Below are positions 27,817 through 36,989 of a DNA stretch of 64,000 bases, one piece after another; the first letter of the stretch is position 1; each line of letters begins with the position of its first letter. Both the position numbers and the translations under genes were made by a program. The stretch is from an uncultured Chloroflexia bacterium. GTDB lineage: Bacteria; Chloroflexota; Anaerolineae; Anaerolineales; UBA4823. The DNA is taken from NCBI GenBank assembly GCA_963809805.1, contig CAWELB010000002.1, forward strand, positions 449,014 through 513,013, read 5' to 3'. The notes under the pieces were generated by a model. It was not told the DNA's origin and did not search any database. It saw nothing but the letters and a program-made list of their open reading frames with translations.

Positions 27817-28411
27817 GTTGATTTGGTGACCTTAGTATGTAATCGGATATTCAAATATATTAAGCTATCTTTTCAGGCTGTATATGCTATAAAAGACCAT
27901 GGGGGAAGTGATACGAGATCGAACTACTCATTGCCCTTTAAGTATCATTAAGCGCATACATGATATAATCGGCCTAATTGGTCAGTAATATTGTTTAGAT
28001 ACTGATCGGATTAATCTGCGCGTTTTTCGATGGAATAAGGGAGGAAATAAATGTTCGGTGCTAATCAGCTGTTAATGGTCAAAATTGCAGGGAAAATTTA
28101 CTAGCTGCCGTTAGGTTTGCTCGCTGCTGTTCATCCGGTCCAGTCTGCACTAGCTCAACTTAATCCGGACATGCAAGGGTATGAGTGATGTCACCCTAGC
28201 ATATTTCGGAATGGGTCGACTTGGCATGCCGGGCTAGACCTGACGACGATCAAATCTGTCTTAAATATTTCCACCAGCTCAACCGCTGGGGCTGGTAGTA
28301 ACCGAAGTCCAGTAAATCATATCAAACATAAGATATAACAAAATTAAACCAATAATAGACATAATCACCAAATAAACCATATTTACTAAAATACAGAGAG
28401 GATTCTAAAAA

Positions 28412-29479
28412 ATGAAAAAAATTGTTCACCTGGGGTTATTATTGACCTTGTTCCTTGGGTTGGTTGGATTTATCTCCCCAGCATCAGCCAGTGCTTCAAA
28501 AAATTATTCGGTATTGGTCGGGGCGGATAACACGGCCAGAGGCGTATCGATCATGTCTTTCTTCCCACAGAGTGTCAGCTTGCATGTGGGCGACTCGATC
28601 ACCTGGAAGAGTAATTCGCATGAAATCCATACCGTTTCTTTCCTGGCCGGTCAGCCTTTGCAGCCTTTACTGATCCCTGCACCTCCAGGAATAGCTTCCC
28701 CATTTCAGATCAATCCGCTGGCAGCCTTCCCAAGCGTCCCAGCTGGTGGGCTGTATGATGGATCGACCTATGTAAACTCGGGCATTATGTCCACGGACCC
28801 GGGTATGGTTACATCATTCAAACTGACTTTTACTCAGGAGGGTGTGTTCCACTACGTGTGTTACGTTCATGGGGAGATGATGTCAGGGACTATAAATGTG
28901 GTTCAATCCAATGTGCGCATCCCCACACCTGGACAGGTTCTGGCGCAGGGAAGAATCGAGTTAGCAGCTGCCTGGTCAGATGTACCTTCAGTCCTGGCGC
29001 AAGCCTATGCACAAATCATCCCGCCGTTTGAAAACCCGGATGGCAGCATGACTCATACAATCATAATGGGTTATGAATCGATGAATATCATGGTGGCGCG
29101 CTTTTTACCCAGTAAAGAGATCGTCAAACCGGGGGATACAGTAATATGGAAGCTGTCATCTTCTAGTGAGGCACCCCATACAGTTACATTTTATAATGGA
29201 ATGCCAGATCTGCCGCTGATTATTATTGCCCAAGGGCCTGACGGTCCTGTGGCACTGGTTAATCCAGCCGTGTTGTTCCCTTCTCAGGCTGTGATGTCAG
29301 GCGAGCCGTTGAATAACACCGACTTCTTCAACTCCGGGATCATGATCCCCGGTGTTCAGGACACATTTACACTCAAGATTGGCGATATAACTTCCAATTT
29401 GAGCTACGATTGCGTCCTGCATGACAGCAGTGGGATGAACGCCACTCTGGTATTAGCACCAAACTATAGTATAAGATAA
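28412..29479 (+). CDS. Secreted tandem cupredoxin (two type-1 copper sites)
   Basis: Signal peptide. Domain 1 has HEIHTVSF plus CYVHGEMM. Domain 2 has APHTVTF plus CVLHDSSGM. These are His ... Cys-x2-His-x(3-4)-Met ligand sets. Confidence 0.8.
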   Translation: MKKIVHLGLLLTLFLGLVGFISPASASASKNYSVLVGADNTARGVSIMSFFPQSVSLHVGDSITWKSNSHEIHTVSFLAGQPLQPLLIPAPPGIASPFQINPLAAFPSVPAGGLYDGSTYVNSGIMSTDPGMVTSFKLTFTQEGVFHYVCYVHGEMMSGTINVVQSNVRIPTPGQVLAQGRIELAAAWSDVPSVLAQAYAQIIPPFENPDGSMTHTIIMGYESMNIMVARFLPSKEIVKPGDTVIWKLSSSSEAPHTVTFYNGMPDLPLIIIAQGPDGPVALVNPAVLFPSQAVMSGEPLNNTDFFNSGIMIPGVQDTFTLKIGDITSNLSYDCVLHDSSGMNATLVLAPNYSIR

Positions 29480-29498
29480 CTATCATACTTAGATAATG

Positions 29499-29534
29499 CC
29501 AGCCGGCAGTCTATCTGCCGGCTGGTATTTCTTT
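29499..29534 (+). terminator. Rho-independent terminator between convergent genes
   Basis: Arms ccagccggcag and ctgccggctgg (11 bp) with loop tctat, followed by tatttcttt. Confidence 0.8.
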
Positions 29535-29601
29535 ATGTAGAATTTATCGTCTGCAATCGATCTCTATCCGTTCACAGCAGATACTTTAATCGGCTCCGAC
29601 C

Positions 29602-31341
29602 CTACTTAACCATAGGCAGCTCCAGATAACTAGGGTGGTCTGGGTCATGATACAGGCTGATGTGGGCGGTCCGTGCATCCTTGCCCGATTCTTCGGCTAC
29701 CACGCCCCCACGGTTGTAATTCTTCTCCACAAGGATCGAATTGGGACAGCTGATGATCAATCTCAGGCGGCTGCCTTTGGCAATCTGGCGCGAAAAGAAT
29801 GTGAACCCATCAAAGGTGTACAGGTTGATCTCACCCGGGGTGACCAGCTTCTCCACCCGATCTGATTCGCGGTAGCGCGCCCGTAGCCAGTCCTGGCTCA
29901 ATTTGATCACATTTCCATTGGGCAGTACCTCTTCCACCAAGACCTGGAAATCTGTATCTGGCACGTCCAGCTCCATCCATGCGTACAGCTTGAGCCAGCC
30001 GGTGATTTCTGCTTCTTTGGCGAACGGCTCAGAGTGATAAACCAACCCATTCCCGAACAGGTTCAGATCATGGGTTTGGTCGGTGAGATATTCCCGGATT
30101 AACTTATGCTCGAGGTCCCCTGGGCGAGTATCCAGCGGGTCATAGGTAAAGGTATCCGATCGATTTGCATGGGGCTTCTTCGTTTCGAGGCTGCCCGAGT
30201 GGAAAACATCGCCTGCGCCGTTCTCTGAGCTGAGATACATTTTCCGAGCTCGGGTGGGGATTTCTTCCAGGCTGTTGGCAAATTTCCATTTTTCCTCTCC
30301 CATCACGTAATACCCCACCCGTTTTTCCAAAAATGCAGGCTTATTACCGCCTTTCAACGTCCAGTCATACCACTCCTTGTGCAGCCCGTTCATATCCAGC
30401 AGGGAGGCTTCCGCAAACTTCAAACCGCCGAACTCCGGGTGCGGACTCCGCGTCCCGCTATGGTCCCAAGGACCAATGATCAGGTAGTGAGAATCTTTCA
30501 TTTTACATTTCGAGCGCATGTGCCGGTGGTAATATTCCATCGCACCAAGCTGGTCATCGTCATAATGACCGGTGATGGTCAGGATGGGAATGTTGATCCG
30601 GTCATACTGTCTGGGAGTCAAAGACATGCTATCCCAATACTTATCCGCGTGAGGATGCTTCAGCCAGGTCTGGAAAAGAGTGGATCGATTGCCCACGATT
30701 CGATCCAGGTCTTTATAAGGCAGGTGGTTCCGATACATCTCCTGGAATTTTCCGTTCCAAAAACTGTAATCATCCATCAGAGCTTCATTGCGCGTAACAC
30801 CACTGACATAAGTCAGCCATTGAATCTCAAAGGAGCTGAAGATATTGCCAACACATGGGAAATCCACCCCTGAATGGGCTGCGGCCACCGGCACGATGGT
30901 CTTAAGGTGTGTGGGTGCTTCCCTGAGGGTCAGCCATTGATCATACCCGCCATACGAACCTCCCCACATGGCAACCTGCCCATCACACCAGGGCTGCTTC
31001 GCCAGCCATTCCACTACGTCGTGCCCATCCCTGGCTTCATTGACCCACGGCTCAAAAATACCCTCGGAATTGCCCCGCCCGCGCACATCAACGGCAGCAA
31101 AGGTATATCCATTCTCGGCAAAGTAAATCCCGCGCCCATGCGAATTATCTGCAACATACGGTGTAAAGGTGAAGATAGTGGGCGTCGGACTGCCTGATTT
31201 CGGCTTATAGAGCGTGGCGTTCAGCTTCACCCCATCCCTCAGCGGTATTTTCACTCCCCAGGTGAAATCCACTTGATTGGGAGCATTGGTTTGGGAATCG
31301 GTCTTATCGGTCTTCATGTCTGATCCTGACGAGCTTCGCAT
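29602..31341 (-). CDS. CocE/NonD-family hydrolase (S15 X-Pro dipeptidyl-peptidase-like)
   Basis: IPLRDGVKLNATLYKP...FTFTPY N-terminal pattern. Nucleophile elbow GGSYGG. About 580 aa including the C-terminal beta-sandwich region. Confidence 0.8.
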   Translation of the reverse strand: MRSSSGSDMKTDKTDSQTNAPNQVDFTWGVKIPLRDGVKLNATLYKPKSGSPTPTIFTFTPYVADNSHGRGIYFAENGYTFAAVDVRGRGNSEGIFEPWVNEARDGHDVVEWLAKQPWCDGQVAMWGGSYGGYDQWLTLREAPTHLKTIVPVAAAHSGVDFPCVGNIFSSFEIQWLTYVSGVTRNEALMDDYSFWNGKFQEMYRNHLPYKDLDRIVGNRSTLFQTWLKHPHADKYWDSMSLTPRQYDRINIPILTITGHYDDDQLGAMEYYHRHMRSKCKMKDSHYLIIGPWDHSGTRSPHPEFGGLKFAEASLLDMNGLHKEWYDWTLKGGNKPAFLEKRVGYYVMGEEKWKFANSLEEIPTRARKMYLSSENGAGDVFHSGSLETKKPHANRSDTFTYDPLDTRPGDLEHKLIREYLTDQTHDLNLFGNGLVYHSEPFAKEAEITGWLKLYAWMELDVPDTDFQVLVEEVLPNGNVIKLSQDWLRARYRESDRVEKLVTPGEINLYTFDGFTFFSRQIAKGSRLRLIISCPNSILVEKNYNRGGVVAEESGKDARTAHISLYHDPDHPSYLELPMVK

Positions 31342-31432
31342 TTTGAGGCCTCCTTATCGGTCTATAACCAAGTCGGCTGAATGATGCTGGAAAGACCTTG
31401 AATATCTAATCGGATGATAAAAAAGATTTACT

Positions 31433-32224
31433 TTACGCCGATGCTCCGGAGTAATTCTTCAATCCCAAGCGCCAGATGACCCGCGCCAAAATGATAAAAA
31501 ATATCGTGAGAGCCAGTGTACCGACTGCCACCCATGGAGAGAGGCGGGAGGTGAGGGCTTCAGCCGGGATCGTGACCGCAAAAGCCACGGGGATGATAAA
31601 GGTCAGCCCTACTTGCAGCCAGCGTGGGTAGATCCCTACCGGCCAACGTCCAGCAGCATACACCCCCTGGAAAAGGTTGACAATCTCATCCACGCGCACG
31701 AACCAGAAAGCTGTAGACGTAATCATTAGCCAGAAACAGTAGATCAGGATGCTTCCCATCAACAGCGTCAGCAGGAATATCAGAGATTGGCTAATGCCTA
31801 CACTGCCTTCATAATGATATACAGCATACGAAAGCACCAGTATCCCCATGATAACATCGGTAAGCGACCAAAGCCGAAACTCGCGGATGCTGATCAATCC
31901 TTGTGCATCGGCTGGTTTTGTGAGTGCATAATCGAGCGTGCCCTGCTGGATTTCTTCAAGTAAACGCGTCATGTTGGGCTGAATGAATGCATTGATCAGT
32001 CCACCCATCAAAATGAAGATGCCCATCACTACCAACAGCTCAGGCTGGCTCCAACCATTGAGCACGGTGGTATGCGAAAATACCAGCCACAACCCGATCA
32101 GCCCTGTCGCCAGCGAGATGAGTGATTGCCCCAGCTGTACGAAGAAATTGACCCGGTACTGCATCTCGTTCTGTATTCCAACTCGCAAGTAATTCAACGC
32201 CAGATATAGCATAATAAACTCCAA
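31433..32224 (-). CDS. ABC-2-family transporter permease (second permease)
   Basis: 263 aa, 6 TM helices, no ATPase motifs. Lies downstream in the same orientation as the ATPase and first permease. Confidence 0.75.
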   Translation of the reverse strand: MEFIMLYLALNYLRVGIQNEMQYRVNFFVQLGQSLISLATGLIGLWLVFSHTTVLNGWSQPELLVVMGIFILMGGLINAFIQPNMTRLLEEIQQGTLDYALTKPADAQGLISIREFRLWSLTDVIMGILVLSYAVYHYEGSVGISQSLIFLLTLLMGSILIYCFWLMITSTAFWFVRVDEIVNLFQGVYAAGRWPVGIYPRWLQVGLTFIIPVAFAVTIPAEALTSRLSPWVAVGTLALTIFFIILARVIWRLGLKNYSGASA

Positions 32225-32343
32225 GATCTTTTAACCGCGGATAAACGCGGATGAACGCAGATCACTTAATAAAAATGATTCTTTACAACAAAATTGGTAT
32301 TTTTGGTTTCATTTTAGGTACAGCTTATTACAAAATATTTGGA

Positions 32344-32754
32344 TCATAGTTTCTCTTTTGTGACGGGCTCAATCAGATTGTGCACAATCCGTTTAAACTC
32401 TAAACGACGATTTGCAAAATTAATCAATAAACATATGTTTAATTCCGTAGCTCTCAAATAATTCATACATTGGGCATAATGGCTGTCATCTAATTGCCTG
32501 ACAGTTTTCAGCTCTACCATCACATAATCTTCTATCAGCAGGTCAACGGTGTAATCCCCAACAATAATTCCCTCGTATCTCACTTGATATGGCCTTTGTT
32601 GGCTGACTTTTAATCCTACTTTACTTAGTTCAAATGCAAAGGCATTTTCATAGACTTTTTCCAGAAATCCTGCTCCCAATGTATTACTCACCTTATAAGC
32701 ACATCCGATTATCTGTTCAGTAATTTTATTAATTTCTTCCAAGGTTTTTTTCAT
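32344..32754 (-). CDS. GxxExxY protein (PD-(D/E)XK nuclease-fold family)
   Basis: 136 aa. GAGFLEKVYENAFAFEL (GxxExxY). DLLIEDYVMVELK (D...E.K nuclease-like motif). The size is typical of the family. Confidence 0.8.
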   Translation of the reverse strand: MKKTLEEINKITEQIIGCAYKVSNTLGAGFLEKVYENAFAFELSKVGLKVSQQRPYQVRYEGIIVGDYTVDLLIEDYVMVELKTVRQLDDSHYAQCMNYLRATELNICLLINFANRRLEFKRIVHNLIEPVTKEKL

Positions 32755-32796
32755 ATTTTTTATTTGTTTGATATTCTCTGTGTTTATTCCGTACTG

Positions 32797-32855
32797 TGGA
32801 TATCCGCTGGTTTTGCGGATGCTGTGGTTAGATGTCTTTCTTTATCTGTAGCTTA
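32797..32855. repeat. Copy A of a ~58-nt dispersed repeat (copy B at 41764-41820)
   Basis: tggatatc..ctggt.tt.cggatgctgtggt.a....tctttctt is shared between the two copies. By-eye identity is about 70-75%, including a perfect 13-mer cggatgctgtggt. Confidence 0.5.
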
Positions 32856-32857
32856 TT

Positions 32858-33661
32858 TCACCCGCCAACGGCGGAGAATTGACGCACACTGAACCTCCAC
32901 ATGATCATCACTGCCACCCAACCTATGGCAATCCATAATACCTGCATGCCCAGCCCACTGAGCATGTGCCCGATGGTCATTGGTGATACCAGCGCTTCGA
33001 TAGGGAAAAAGAACGTCCACTGGAATGGAAGAAAGGTGGCGATTTGCTGCACCACAGGTGGCATGAGCGACATGGGTACCAATCGCCCGGAAAATACCAG
33101 CTCGAAGGCAAAGAACAGCTCGAAAATGGCGCCCACCCGGGTAGTGAAGAACGTGATCATCCCAAGGAGTGAAAGCAGCATGGTCCGGATGAGATAAGCT
33201 CCCCAAATTGCAAAGAAGAACCCAATCAACTGGTACCAGGCTGGGTGCAGCTCAGGCTTAAAAAACAGGGAGAGCAGCAAACCAAGTGGGATCCACAGGA
33301 TGATGACCACCACCTTCATTCCTGCAAAATACGCCACATCATTGTTCAATGGATGGATCGGGCGCAGTAAATCCATCGAAAACCAGCCACTGCGGATGCG
33401 GTTCTCCCATCCATAGGGGGTGAAGACGATATTCATATTACGCACCAGCGTCCACACCAGATAATACGCTGCAAAAGCGCCCGGTGTATATCCACCCACC
33501 GAACCACCCTGCGATCGGGCAATGGTCGACCACACAACCAGATATATGACTGGCTCAGCAAGCATGCCGATCATATAAAAATATTGCACTACCCGGTATT
33601 GGAATTGGCTCTGGATGGCAATCTTGATCGTAGTCAGGTAGTAATCGAGCATGTGTTTCAT
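32858..33661 (-). CDS. ABC-2-family transporter permease (first permease)
   Basis: 267 aa, 6 TM helices, 4-nt overlap with the upstream ATPase gene. Confidence 0.75.
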   Translation of the reverse strand: MKHMLDYYLTTIKIAIQSQFQYRVVQYFYMIGMLAEPVIYLVVWSTIARSQGGSVGGYTPGAFAAYYLVWTLVRNMNIVFTPYGWENRIRSGWFSMDLLRPIHPLNNDVAYFAGMKVVVIILWIPLGLLLSLFFKPELHPAWYQLIGFFFAIWGAYLIRTMLLSLLGMITFFTTRVGAIFELFFAFELVFSGRLVPMSLMPPVVQQIATFLPFQWTFFFPIEALVSPMTIGHMLSGLGMQVLWIAIGWVAVMIMWRFSVRQFSAVGG

Positions 33662-34650
33662 GCGCTCGCCTCCTCTGGTTTGCTCTGGGCGAATACCTGC
33701 TCGATGACGTCTTCAATTGGGGGATCTTCTACATTCAAGTCGTCCACCGGCAAATCTGCCAGAAGACGGGCTGTTACCTGGGCAGTTTCGTTTTTTGGCA
33801 CACGCAAGGTGAAGCGCGTCCCATCCTGACTCACCACCTGACCGTATTTCCGCAGATCGGCTGCTGCGGTCTGCAATGTCACCCGCACCGTTTTGAAAGC
33901 CGAAAACTGCTCCACCAGGCAGGTTAACTCACCATCAAAGAGCAGCTTACCATGATGGATGACAATCACCCGCTTGCATAATGCTTCCACGTCTGCCATG
34001 TAGTGTGAAGTGAGCAGCACAGTGGCACCATAGCGCTGGTTGTATTCGGAAACAAAAGATCTTATCCGCCGCTGCATGGTTACATCCAATCCAAGCGTGG
34101 GTTCATCCAGGAAAAGCACCTTAGGACGGTGCAGCAGTGCCCCAGCAAACTCCATTTTCATACGTTCGCCCAATGAAAGGTTGCGCACTGGTTTGTTCAC
34201 CAGATCCTTCAGGTCCAGCATATCGATGAAATCATCGCGGGCACGAATGAAGTCCTGGGTAGGGATGGAGTATATGGCTCGCATCAGGTCGAATGAGTCG
34301 AGGGCAGGCAGATCCCACACCAGCTGCTGCCGGTTGCCCATCACGAGGGTGATCTGACGGAGAAATTGCGCTTGTCGTCGTGAAGGTATGAACCCCAGAA
34401 CACTTGCGGTTCCATGGGTGGGATAAAGCAAGCCTGAAAGCATCTTCAATGTCGTCGTTTTGCCAGCACCATTCGGACCTAAAAACCCGACCACCTCACC
34501 CTGGGCGATCTGAAATGTGATTTCATCCACGGCCTTCACCGTTCGATATTCACGCTTGAACAGGCTGCCAATAGATGCTCTTAAACCACTTTCGCGTACC
34601 GGAACTTTGAAGTGCTTGGAGAGGGAATTCAGGACGATGATGGAAGACAT
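33658..34650 (-). CDS. ABC transporter ATP-binding protein
   Basis: Walker A GPNGAGKTT, signature LSLGERMK, Walker B VLFLDEPT, H-loop TSH. It has a C-terminal extension. Confidence 0.92.
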   Translation of the reverse strand: MSSIIVLNSLSKHFKVPVRESGLRASIGSLFKREYRTVKAVDEITFQIAQGEVVGFLGPNGAGKTTTLKMLSGLLYPTHGTASVLGFIPSRRQAQFLRQITLVMGNRQQLVWDLPALDSFDLMRAIYSIPTQDFIRARDDFIDMLDLKDLVNKPVRNLSLGERMKMEFAGALLHRPKVLFLDEPTLGLDVTMQRRIRSFVSEYNQRYGATVLLTSHYMADVEALCKRVIVIHHGKLLFDGELTCLVEQFSAFKTVRVTLQTAAADLRKYGQVVSQDGTRFTLRVPKNETAQVTARLLADLPVDDLNVEDPPIEDVIEQVFAQSKPEEASA

Positions 34651-34733
34651 GCAGTCTCCTTTACCTGGGATATATAAATAGATGGGTTTAAGCGTACCTT
34701 GTTTGCTATAATCAATCGAGATGGAGTAGTCAT

Positions 34734-35828
34734 ATGAAGATTAAATTCTCTGGTAGTGTCCATTACACCAATGGCGATCCAATATCGAATGTGACTGTGC
34801 ATATCTTTGACAAAGATGCAGCCGGTAAGGTCGATGATGATCTTACATTAAGCCCCGGCCTTTCCGACGAGCAGGGTCGCTTCAGCCTGACGTATGAACC
34901 TCTACGCTACCTGGATTATCACACCCTTCAACTTCCCGGGAAAGGTGATCCACCGAGCAATTTAGGGGCGGATAACCATGGGCTGCGATTACCTGATATT
35001 TGGGACGTCTATCTCCCATACTTGAAGTTTAATTATACTTATAATGATTCACCACGTGAGCAAACTGCTTCTTTAGGTCTTTTTCAGCACGAATTTTACC
35101 TGCCGATAAATCCAGCGGTGAAGTTTCTTCCTTCCCGTAATGGTTTCCTGTTCCGCAACAGTTTCTCAGGTTATTTTTTGCCTTACTCTACTCCTGCTTT
35201 CATGGGCTCGTCTAAAGTATCCTCGGCATACGGGTTGTGCGGAGGGATGTGTGCAGCCGCCTATGATTTTCTATTGGCAGGTAAGACCATCCCGGAGACG
35301 AATGACGTTCCCCGCCAGGGGACACGCCTGCAGCGCTATTTATTCCAACGCCAGATGGACTCACTGGGCGGGCTGGGTGAAGCGTTGATCAAGGTGGCTC
35401 AATGGACCAGCCTGCCGGATGATACTCCCGCAGGGACGATGCGACGCAGTGCGGATGAATTCAATCCGCTGCGCCAGAAACTGGACCAGGGCAATCTGGT
35501 GATCCTGGCACTGATCTATGCACGCGCTACCTCACTGAAAGAGCTGGCAAAGTTGATTTTCAACAATCACCAGGTGCTGGTATATGCCTGCGAGCTGAAT
35601 CCAACTGGTGCGGCAACTATTCATATTTATGACCCCAACCTGCCCGCTCAGGATGACGTGGATATCCAGTTTGAACCCGTGGTAGTGGGTGAGGCGACCA
35701 CGGCAACGGGTCCTCAGGTTGTGATGGGCTTGAAATGCACCCAGCTGGTGGCAGGTAAATTCTACCGGGAGATTCGTGGCTTCTTTGACATGCCGTATAC
35801 GCCAGTCAGACCACCCAAATTGATTTGA
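34734..35828 (+). CDS. Hypothetical protein: N-terminal beta-sandwich-like region plus putative papain-fold Cys-His-Asp domain
   Basis: 364 aa with no signal peptide. N-terminus VHYTNGDPISNVTVHIFDKD...GRFSL resembles a carboxypeptidase-regulatory/transthyretin-like fold. YGLCGGMCAAAYDF and later NHQVLVYAC...IHIYDPN resemble the Cys and His/Asp segments of C39-like/BtrH-N-like peptidases. Confidence 0.4.
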   Translation: MKIKFSGSVHYTNGDPISNVTVHIFDKDAAGKVDDDLTLSPGLSDEQGRFSLTYEPLRYLDYHTLQLPGKGDPPSNLGADNHGLRLPDIWDVYLPYLKFNYTYNDSPREQTASLGLFQHEFYLPINPAVKFLPSRNGFLFRNSFSGYFLPYSTPAFMGSSKVSSAYGLCGGMCAAAYDFLLAGKTIPETNDVPRQGTRLQRYLFQRQMDSLGGLGEALIKVAQWTSLPDDTPAGTMRRSADEFNPLRQKLDQGNLVILALIYARATSLKELAKLIFNNHQVLVYACELNPTGAATIHIYDPNLPAQDDVDIQFEPVVVGEATTATGPQVVMGLKCTQLVAGKFYREIRGFFDMPYTPVRPPKLI

Positions 35829-35848
35829 TCCCTTATCATCAGGTTTCT

Positions 35849-36322
35849 ATGCTCCAGGCAACATTGTGCTTCATTTTTCGCGGCGAGCCGCCACAGGAAA
35901 TCCTGCTCGGGTATAAAAAGCGCGGATTCGGTGAGGGAAAGTATGGTGGATTTGGTGGCAAGCTTCAGGATGATGAAACACTATCCCAGGCTGCATTGCG
36001 TGAGCTCCAGGAGGAAGCCGGCTTTACCGCCGACCTGGAACACCTCATTTCACTGGGTACGCTCACATTTATCTTTCCATACAAGCACACGTGGGACCAG
36101 GAAGTCCACGTATTTGTCGCACGAAAATGGCAAGGAACACCCCGGGAAAGTGAAGAGATGGCCCCATGTTGGTTTGATATTGGCAAGATTCCCCTTGAGC
36201 AGATGTGGGACGATAGCCGCTACTGGCTGCCTCACATCCTGGCAGGTGAGCGGATCGATGCGGTTTTTATCTTGAACCAGGATAATGAGACGGTTAAAGA
36301 CTACCACATCCGACTCATCTAG
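35849..36322 (+). CDS. NUDIX hydrolase (MutT-like)
   Basis: Nudix box GGKLQDDETLSQAALRELQEEAG (GX5EX7REUXEEXGU). The track start TTG 35825 overlaps the upstream gene by 4 nt. ATG 35849 is the alternative. Confidence 0.88.
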   Translation: MLQATLCFIFRGEPPQEILLGYKKRGFGEGKYGGFGGKLQDDETLSQAALRELQEEAGFTADLEHLISLGTLTFIFPYKHTWDQEVHVFVARKWQGTPRESEEMAPCWFDIGKIPLEQMWDDSRYWLPHILAGERIDAVFILNQDNETVKDYHIRLI

Positions 36323-36394
36323 TTGCCAGGGCAAGATTTTCAAGTATACTTTCACTATTGCATTAAATCTAAAATAATTTATGAAGAGGATCCC

Positions 36395-36877
36395 ATGGAG
36401 TGGCAAAGAGACGCATACACCATCAGCACCGATAAAACCAGACTGGATGCAGGTATGATCCATCACTTTCTTTATACTACAGCTCACTGGGCGATTGGTC
36501 GACCCATGAGCATTGTACGCAAATCAATCGAGAACAGTCTCTGCTTTGGCGTATATGAGATCAATAAGCAGGTCGGTTTTGCACGTGTGGTGACCGATGG
36601 CGCCACGGTCGGCTGGATTTGTGACATGTTCATCCTGCCTTCGCACCGCAACAATGGTTTGGGGAAATGGCTGGTGGAATGCATGATGGAATATCCCGAT
36701 GTCAAGGGCCTGCGGCGCATCTTGCTCAATACGCGGGATGCGCACGACTTATATATCAAATATGCCGGCTTTCGACCATTGCTGGCCCCCGAAAGCTGGC
36801 TGGAGAAGTTCACCGGTACACCCCTACGCCACGCCCGGCAGTCTGATCCCCCAGCAGCTAAAAAACCCTCGAATTAG
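36395..36877 (+). CDS. GNAT-family acetyltransferase
   Basis: HRNNGLGKWLV (R-x-x-G-x-G) CoA-binding motif. The ATG at 36395 (MEWQRD...) is preferred over the TTG at 36323. Confidence 0.8.
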   Translation: MEWQRDAYTISTDKTRLDAGMIHHFLYTTAHWAIGRPMSIVRKSIENSLCFGVYEINKQVGFARVVTDGATVGWICDMFILPSHRNNGLGKWLVECMMEYPDVKGLRRILLNTRDAHDLYIKYAGFRPLLAPESWLEKFTGTPLRHARQSDPPAAKKPSN

Positions 36878-36989
36878 TTATGATTTTGTCATTAACGTTA
36901 TGCATGCAGACCTCTCAGCCAATCCAAGCTTATCAATGGCATCAGTCCGGATGAGGTTGTTCTTGTTGATGGAATGAGGAGACCCGTCG

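Larger units (their letters stand above)
32225..32857 (-). mobile_element. Putative inserted AT-rich cassette carrying the GxxExxY gene
   Basis: About 630 bp that is visibly more AT-rich than its flanks, lying between two permease genes of one operon. CGCGGAT x2 occurs in the left flank (32235-32265) and TGCGGATGCTGTGG in the right flank. No transposase or integrase is present. Confidence 0.35.
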
